From positions 96,001 through 160,000 of the forward strand of contig CAVOXA010000014.1 in NCBI GenBank assembly GCA_963700285.1: a stretch of 64,000 bases of DNA, read 5' to 3'. Positions 57,592 to 64,000 of this stretch are shown here, in pieces (within the stretch, counting starts at the first letter, position 1; each line of letters begins with the position of its first letter). The stretch is from an uncultured Chloroflexia bacterium. Its GTDB lineage: Bacteria; Chloroflexota; Anaerolineae; JAAYZQ01. The translations under genes and the position numbers were made by a program. Below the pieces are notes generated by a model that saw nothing but the letters and a program-made list of their open reading frames with translations, was not told the DNA's origin and did no database searches.

Positions 57592-59103
57592 TTATCGAGT
57601 CCCAGGCTGCGCCGCCTGCGCAGCCAGGTCTGTAGCCACCTCTGGGGACGACAGGGATTCGGCGCGTTCGGCCAGTCTGCCGATCATGTTACCAAAGATG
57701 GGTCCATGGAACGGGTAAAGACCGTACCAGTACAGGAAGCCGGGCAACCCTTTTGGCGCCAAGAAAGCAGTCTGCACCAACAATGTCTTTCCATCCTCGC
57801 GGGGCCGAGCTTCAAACTGAAGCCAAGCCTGGCCCGGCACCTTCATCTCAGCCCGCAGGCGCATCAGGCGGCCCGGCTCGACGGCTTCTACGCGCCAAAA
57901 GTCCAGGGCATCTCCCACGCGAACTTTTTCGGGATGGCGACGGCCCCGGCGCAAGCCCGGCCCGCCCACGAGCCGGTCGGCGACGCCCCGCAGCCACCAC
58001 AGCCAGTTGGCATACAGCCAGCCCTGCTCACCGCCCAAGCGGCTGAACACGGCAAAGACATCCTCCGGCGGCGCATCCACTACCTGTTGGCGGCGCTCAA
58101 TCTGCAGGCCTTCTTCGGTCGTGAGCTCCACAGGAGCCACGTCTCCGGCACTGGATGCCAACGAGTCGCTCCAACGGGTCTCCACCTGTCCCAACTCCAA
58201 GCTGGCCAAGGCTCGGCGCACAGCCGTGTCATAGCCTACCGGCACGATATCGGGAAAAAGTGTCTGGGCCGCGTCGTCGCGTACGACAACTTCGTTTCGC
58301 AGTCCCTCGATGAGGGGGTATACGATGCCAGCGTTCACCGGCGTCATCCAGTGTACCCAGTGAGCGGAAAGACGGGGCGTCAGCACCGGCACGGGGATGA
58401 GCAGGCGGCGCAGGCCGCGCACCTGCGCGTAGCCCTTCATCATGTCGCCGTAGGTCACTATGTCAGCCCCGCCGACCTCGATGATGCGCCCGGCACTCTC
58501 CGGCACCCTCAAGGCATCGACCAAGTAGTCGAGAATATCTCGGATAGCGATGGGCTGGATGCGAGTGTATACCCAGCGCGGGCTAATCATGACCGGCAGT
58601 CGCTCGGTCAGGTAGCGGATCATCTCGAACGACAGGCTGCCCGAACCGACGATGACGGCCGCGCGGAACTCGGTGACCGGCACGCCCGCCTCGCGCAGCG
58701 CAGCACCCGTCTCCTGGCGAGAGCGCAAGTGTACCGAGAGCTGGCTGTCAGGATCGCCCAGACCGCCCAGGTAGATGATGCGTTCTATGCCAGCAGCCTT
58801 GGCTGCATGCCCAAAGTTGCGAGCGACGACGATGTCGCGTTCACGGTACTCTTTTGTGTCACTCAGACTGTGGATGAGGTAGTAGGTGGCCCATGCGCCT
58901 TGCATAGCGGCGACCAGCGTCTCTGGACGCAGCGCGTCGGCTTCAACCACCTCTACCTGATCGCTCCAGGAACGTCCCTGAAGACGGTTGGCATCGCGCA
59001 CCAGGCAGCGAACCCGGTAGCCCGCATCCAAAAGATGCGGCACCAACCTGCCGCCGATGTAACCTGTGGCACCTGTGACGAGAACGAGCTTTGGCTCCTG
59101 CAT
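57592..59103 (-). CDS. Atypical SDR (NAD(P)-binding) + DUF2867 protein, YbjT-like
   Basis: TGATGYIGG, YYLIHS, HLRSR, GDALDFWRV..LRAEMKVPG.AWL. Confidence 0.88.
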   Translation of the reverse strand: MQEPKLVLVTGATGYIGGRLVPHLLDAGYRVRCLVRDANRLQGRSWSDQVEVVEADALRPETLVAAMQGAWATYYLIHSLSDTKEYRERDIVVARNFGHAAKAAGIERIIYLGGLGDPDSQLSVHLRSRQETGAALREAGVPVTEFRAAVIVGSGSLSFEMIRYLTERLPVMISPRWVYTRIQPIAIRDILDYLVDALRVPESAGRIIEVGGADIVTYGDMMKGYAQVRGLRRLLIPVPVLTPRLSAHWVHWMTPVNAGIVYPLIEGLRNEVVVRDDAAQTLFPDIVPVGYDTAVRRALASLELGQVETRWSDSLASSAGDVAPVELTTEEGLQIERRQQVVDAPPEDVFAVFSRLGGEQGWLYANWLWWLRGVADRLVGGPGLRRGRRHPEKVRVGDALDFWRVEAVEPGRLMRLRAEMKVPGQAWLQFEARPREDGKTLLVQTAFLAPKGLPGFLYWYGLYPFHGPIFGNMIGRLAERAESLSSPEVATDLAAQAAQPGTR

Positions 59104-59170
59104 AACACACCCTTTCGGTAGATCTGGCTGGGAGAACCCGAACCAGAACGATCTCTATTCTACGTCAAGG

Positions 59171-59210
59171 ATTATACCACGTTGAAGGTATTTTGTCAAG
59201 CTTTTGTACA
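59171..59210 (-). promoter_or_regulatory. Consensus sigma70 promoter overlapped by CarH/LitR-like TnnACA repeats
   Basis: Minus strand TGTACA-AAAGC-TTGACA-17 nt-TATAAT (extended TG). Confidence 0.7.
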
Positions 59211-59257
59211 TGTTCCTAATGGGTTTCTAACGCCGAACAGAGGGATACCAGTGTCAG

Positions 59258-59593
59258 CTAGGCACCCGCCGCCCGCCTCCCCATCCAGAAACGTCGCCAG
59301 TCTCCCCCACTGGTCTGGAGCGCAACGAGTGTGTACAGGCTGCCCGCCCAGAAACCCAGAGTCATCATGAGGATGACCCACACAACGGATCGCACGCCGA
59401 TTCCCTCCCGGTAGACGATCCAACCGGAAAACAGGACAAAGCCCACGTACAGATCGACCAGTGACACGATTCCCCAGGGCATGGATAGGAGCTGCTTCCC
59501 TTCTTCGGCAAAGTTGCCGGCAGTGAAGCCATAGATGAGGACGGCCGTCATAGCCAGCAGTCCCAACAGTGCGATACCTTTCGCAGTCTTCAT
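59258..59593 (-). CDS. Small membrane protein (DUF1475-like)
   Basis: PWGIVSLVDLYVGF..WIVYRE, hydrophobic helices. Confidence 0.7.
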   Translation of the reverse strand: MKTAKGIALLGLLAMTAVLIYGFTAGNFAEEGKQLLSMPWGIVSLVDLYVGFVLFSGWIVYREGIGVRSVVWVILMMTLGFWAGSLYTLVALQTSGGDWRRFWMGRRAAGA

Positions 59594-59722
59594 GTGTTTG
59601 TCTCCTTTTGTCTACACACTGGCCGCCAGAGGTCCCGACGACCACCTTCCCTTAGCACCCAGACAAACAGTACGATGACCGAGCCCAGGGAACGCCAGAT
59701 GTAGACGTCCTGGGCCAGCCCG

Positions 59723-61147
59723 TCATATTCCAGTCTCTCTAGCCAAGCGATAAGCGCTTAGCGTCCGCTGCCGCGCCCAGGCATGGTCGATGATCGGCGC
59801 CGGGTAGCCCTGGCCCAGGACGAACCCGGCCTCACGCTGTACATCACCGGGCATCTCCCACGGCGCGTGGAGGTATCTGTCCGGCACGCGGGCCAGCTCA
59901 GGCAGCCAGCGCCGCACAAAGACACCGTCCGGATCGTGTTTTCTGCCCTGAAGTATTGGGTTAAAGATGCGAAAGTAAGGCGCAGCGTCAGTGCCGGTGC
60001 CGGCCGTCCACTGCCAGCCGCCGTTGTTGGCCGCCGGATCGCCATCTACCAGGTGCTGCATGAAGAACCGCTCACCCCACCGCCAGTCGATGAGCAGGTC
60101 TTTGACCAGGAACGATGCGACGATCATCCGTGCCCGGTTGTGCATCCAGCCGGTCTCGACCAGTTGGCGCATGGCCGCGTCGACCACGGGATAGCCGGTC
60201 CGGCCCTCGCACCAGGCGGCGAAAGCACCCGCATCGTTCTCCCAGGCGATCTGGTCGTATACAGGGCGAAAGCTCGATCCGGATACATGGGGAAAGTGGT
60301 GGACGATGTTGATGTAGAACTCGCGCCAGACCAACTCGTTGAGCCAAACCTCGACGCCTTTGCGCTCCTCAGCGCTGGACGCCGCGCCGGCAGCAGCCAG
60401 GGCGCGGGTCACCGCCTGCCGCGCTGAAACCATACCAAATCGCAGGTAGGGCGAAAGTTTTGACGTGCCGTCCTGATCCAATCGATCGCGGCCCTCTGAA
60501 TAGCAGTAGATAGGCGCGGCGTCGAGATCGACAAACGAGTCTAGGCGGCGCCGGGCCTCGGCCTCCCCGGGTGGGAAGGGTACCTTGGAGGGCAGAGTCG
60601 GGGAATCGGGAATCGGCAAGGCCGGCACATCCGGCACTGCAGGCAGCGACGCCGGGGCAGCCAGCAAGAGTCGCTCGTACGGCGGGGCTAGGGCCTTCCA
60701 GGCACGGCCAAAGGGCGTAAAGACGGTATAGGGCGCACCGGCGGCGTTGAGAACCACTCCGGGCGGGTGCACAGTCACGCCCGCGGTCAGGTGGAGCGGA
60801 AGCACCTCGGCGACGCGGGCATCACGCCCTCGGGCGTACGGCGTATGGTCCTCTTCGGCAAAGATGCCGGCCGCACCGGTCTCACCCACCAGTGTCCTCA
60901 GTTCGGCCAGCGGCTCGCCGCGCCGGACCACCAGGCGGCTGCCCCGCGCACGCAGGTCTGAGTCGAGTTGGCGCAGCCCGCCAAGCAGGAACGCCACCCG
61001 CTTCTCGCCGGCGCACGGCGAATTGAGTAGCGCCGGGTCGAGTACAAAGACCGGGATGACCTTTTCGGCGAGGGCCAAGGAGGCGGCAAGAGCTTGGTTG
61101 TCTGCCAGGCGGAGATCGCGGCGGGTCCACCAGATGGCTGTGGTCAT
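59723..61147 (-). CDS. phrB: Deoxyribodipyrimidine (class I CPD) photolyase
   Basis: [46 protein letters not shown]. Confidence 0.95.
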   Translation of the reverse strand: MTTAIWWTRRDLRLADNQALAASLALAEKVIPVFVLDPALLNSPCAGEKRVAFLLGGLRQLDSDLRARGSRLVVRRGEPLAELRTLVGETGAAGIFAEEDHTPYARGRDARVAEVLPLHLTAGVTVHPPGVVLNAAGAPYTVFTPFGRAWKALAPPYERLLLAAPASLPAVPDVPALPIPDSPTLPSKVPFPPGEAEARRRLDSFVDLDAAPIYCYSEGRDRLDQDGTSKLSPYLRFGMVSARQAVTRALAAAGAASSAEERKGVEVWLNELVWREFYINIVHHFPHVSGSSFRPVYDQIAWENDAGAFAAWCEGRTGYPVVDAAMRQLVETGWMHNRARMIVASFLVKDLLIDWRWGERFFMQHLVDGDPAANNGGWQWTAGTGTDAAPYFRIFNPILQGRKHDPDGVFVRRWLPELARVPDRYLHAPWEMPGDVQREAGFVLGQGYPAPIIDHAWARQRTLSAYRLARETGI

Positions 61148-62135
61148 GATTGGTTTTGGTCCGCCTCGATCAATTGCTCTCGACGGCGCCGATGTTCGAT
61201 GATGGGCCGGTCACCCTGGATCATCTTTTCGCCGATGCGCAGCCCTGAGGGCCGCGGCTGCTGGGTCTCTACCACACGGCGATCCTGGTGCAGCACAAGA
61301 CGGTTGTAAGGCATCGCCGCCCAAGCTACCAGTTCCTTCAGCCCCGGTACCGGCAGGAACTTCTGATAGAAGCGCAGGTAGAATAGTGTGTGCTCCTCAT
61401 CCACGGGCGCAAAGGCAACGATGATCCGCACGTCCTGGCTGATATAGTTCTGCCACAGGTTGGGAAAGAGAAACTCCAGTTTGAATTCCCGATCCGTGGG
61501 CGGCACCGGCACTTCAGCTTGGTCGTCGAGGTGGCGTCCCGTCGTCCTCCCGGTTGAACGTATAGACGTAGAACATGTCCTCGTCAATCCAGTCCATACC
61601 AGGGCCATCCACCAACTTGCCTATGCCGCGCCCAATGGTGTTGTAATGCACGAAAGGCACGTGCACTACGTCGAGCTGGTTTTCAATGGCGCGGGAATAG
61701 TGCGCATTCCACAGGTCATGGATCGTAGCGTAGGTAAAGCCATCGTCCATGTCGTCAAAGAAGCGCGGTGGCGGCAGGTCCTCCGGTGGGTTATCACCCC
61801 ACCACACCCAGACAAAGCCGTGGCCCTCGTAGGTCGGGTAGCTATGTGCCTTGAGAGCTTGGGGCACCGGAGCATTGCGACCATTTGCCGGGATGAGCAC
61901 CGCTCTATCAGAGCTGTCGTACTCAAAACCGTGGAAAGGGCAATGGATGTGGCCATCGACCACCTTGCCTTTGCTGAGCTCGACGCCCCGGTGAGGGCAC
62001 TTGTCGCGCAGACAGACTCACGCTGCCCGTGCCGTCACGCCAGAAGACCAATTTCTCGCCCATGCGGGTGACGCCGACAGGTTTGTCCTTGACCTGTTTG
62101 GATTCGACCAAAACGTACCACTGGTTAGGAATCAC
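61144..62135 (-). CDS. Rieske non-heme iron oxygenase alpha subunit (two frameshifts in this sequence)
   Basis: NQWY, CPHRG..CPFHG Rieske motif, [13 protein letters not shown] mononuclear Fe motif. Confidence 0.8.
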
Positions 62136-62182
62136 GTCCCATCATCCTCCATCGTTGCTTTTTGAATCCTTGCCATTCTCTC

Positions 62183-63744
62183 TTACCTCCAGGTTGATGA
62201 GTACGAGGATTGTGGCTCGCCAGGAGCTTTGAGAGGTACTTCCCGCAGACCCAGCTCGGCCAGTAGCGACCGCGCCACGCGCAAGCCACCCAGGGCCACG
62301 GCCGGCACCGACTGCCCGGGAAAGACGCTGTCGCCCACCAGCCACAGGCCAGGTGCCAGCCGCGGCCCCCAGGCTCGGAAGAGGCTGGTCTGCGGGAAAC
62401 CACCCACCCAGCCCCAGTCCCGGCGGGTGAAGCGCTGAAACGTAACCGGCGTGCCGGGCAGAATCAGGTTGGCGGCGTCCCGCAAGAGGGGCACCGCAAC
62501 CTCGGCCAGCGGCCAGTACTCGTTCCGCATACGATTGCTTGCGGGCCTTGTAGGCCTCGCGATCATGCTCGTACAGATCCCACCACGGATCTAGCTCGGT
62601 ATGGGTGCTGAGGGTGAGCGTGCGCTGTCCCTTCGGCGCGCGATCCTCATCCCACGCTGGGCTGAGCGACAGAAAAACGGTATTGCCGTTGCCCATCGGC
62701 TCGCGCACCACGACCTGGTGGTGCAGCGGAAAACCGGCGGGCACGGCGGCACCATCCAGGCCGACGTAGACCATGAAGGCGCCCCACACCTCCTGCGGGC
62801 GGGGCGGAAGCGTGCGCAGTCTGTGAACGCGCAGGCCGCGCGCCTCGTGCTCACCCAGCAGCCGGGCAACGTTCCACGGCGGCAGATTGGCGATCACGAC
62901 GTCGGCGGGGAAGGACTGCTCCCTTTTTCGTCTCCACGGCCACCGGTCGCCCGCGCTCGACGGCGATGCGCGTGGCCTCCTGGCGAAAGTGCACCTGCCC
63001 GCCGTTGCGCCGCACAGCTTCGACCAGCGTCCCGGCGATGGCTCCCATGCCGCCCTCTGCGTGGGCCACGCCGCGACGGGGTAGGTCCAGCGCCGATGCG
63101 CCGTAGAGGGCGTTGGCGTAGCGGCTCGTCGTCTGGGCGGCGATGAGCAGTTGGGCATCCACGAACAGCCGCAGCCGCTCAGACGCGCCGCGCAGGTGGG
63201 TACTGACTGGGCGGAACGCATCGAGCATCAGCGACGGCCTGAGCCGATTCCGCAGATCGTTGCCCAGCCAGGCGAGACCATCGCCCACCAGGTGGGCAGC
63301 CTCGCCGGGAGTCTGAGGCGGCCAGGCCGGCAGCCGCAGCGCCAGGTCCCACAGGGCGTCAGAGGTGGCTTCCTGCCAGCGCCAGAAGGGCTCGGCCTCG
63401 GGGCCAAAGGCGCGGCGGCGTTCGTTCCAGCGCTCTTCGCCACAGTAACGGGTGACGCTCGCACCATCGGGCAGGTGGACGACCATGGCCGGGTCGTCGG
63501 GCTGGACCGGCCAGCGGTTTATGCCCACAGCTTGGGCCACAAGGTCCATCGGCCCGCCGGGGTAAAAGCCAGCGGGCAGGGTCGCCCCGACGTCGAAGCG
63601 GTAGCCCTGGTGATAAAAGGTCCCGGCGCAGCCCCCGGCGTAGACGTGGGCCTCCAGCACGGTGACGTCCAGGCCGGCGCGGGCCAGCAGCGCCGCCGTC
63701 GTCAGTCCGCCGATTCCTGCACCGATGACGACAACGCGACTCAC
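62183..63744 (-). CDS. Phytoene desaturase/CrtD-like FAD oxidoreductase (frameshifted in this sequence)
   Basis: [46 protein letters not shown]. Confidence 0.8.
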
Positions 63745-64000
63745 GCTGCAGCTTCTTCCAGCAAACGCCGAGTTTTCCAGCCTCGATAGGCAAAGAGCAG
63801 CGCTAAGGCGAGCCACATGGCCAAACCGACAGATCGCCAGAACAGGTGCGGCTTGAGCTGCGCATCCACCTCGTCAATCACCTGGGTCGCCGCCTCGTCC
63901 ACGGCCACAAAGCTATGGTGATGGGCCCAGGAGGCAAAAGGACCGCGTACCTGACGGTCCAGAAAACCGGTCGGCGAGACATCCTCCACGCGGGCCACCC
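63741..64000 (-). CDS. SRPBCC-family protein (5'-truncated by window edge)
   Basis: [24 protein letters not shown]. Confidence 0.7.
   Translation of the reverse strand, partial: VARVEDVSPTGFLDRQVRGPFASWAHHHSFVAVDEAATQVIDEVDAQLKPHLFWRSVGLAMWLALALLFAYRGWKTRRLLEEAAA

Noticed and set aside
61144-63744. Frameshifts in the Rieske oxygenase and CrtD-like genes (also one at ~55430)
   Set aside because: Same error-like pattern with all catalytic motifs retained; not treated as biological without read evidence

Overview
GC-rich bacterial window, most likely Chloroflexota/Anaerolineae (inferred from 'TSEV'-type palindromic repeats, a staygreen homolog and the lipoprotein style). It has five blocks. 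(1) 1-24.3 kb is a co-oriented sugar-catabolic locus with seven URO-D/MtaA-CmuA-family paralogs, a fucose-isomerase-like enzyme, an FGGY kinase, a DeoR regulator and a sugar ABC transporter whose binding protein is a near-identical 924-bp triplication. (2) 24.4-39.1 kb has an MFS transporter, a Thr-type sulfatase plus a decayed paralog, a serine hydrolase, a NarL-type two-component pair and an Opp-type ABC locus with many frameshifts that are probably read errors. (3) 39.4-42.5 kb is a cytochrome c/c/Rieske/cytochrome b operon. (4) 42.6-50.5 kb, the best candidate for an undescribed system, is a minus-strand cyclic-nucleotide/peptide module. It contains a Crp regulator, two NHLP-clan-like precursor peptides (shared 65-aa leader, variable core), an HD phosphohydrolase, a PqqD/RRE-like + M50 protease + 2x cNMP fusion, a relic class III cyclase fragment and a cNMP-PP2C phosphatase. 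Each precursor has tandem CRP boxes at about -41.5 and -64.5. (5) 50.8-64 kb is a light/oxidative-stress-type cluster (CrtI/CrtD-like, Rieske oxygenase, photolyase, DUF2867 SDR, staygreen, DUF523/DUF1722). Its last gene is followed by three extra copies of its own 3' end, interleaved with cargo genes (hypothetical, PemK/MazF TA pair, aldo/keto reductase), which suggests a repeatedly used integration site. No rRNA, tRNA, CRISPR array, integrase or transposase was recognised. All family calls come from motif recognition, not database searches.
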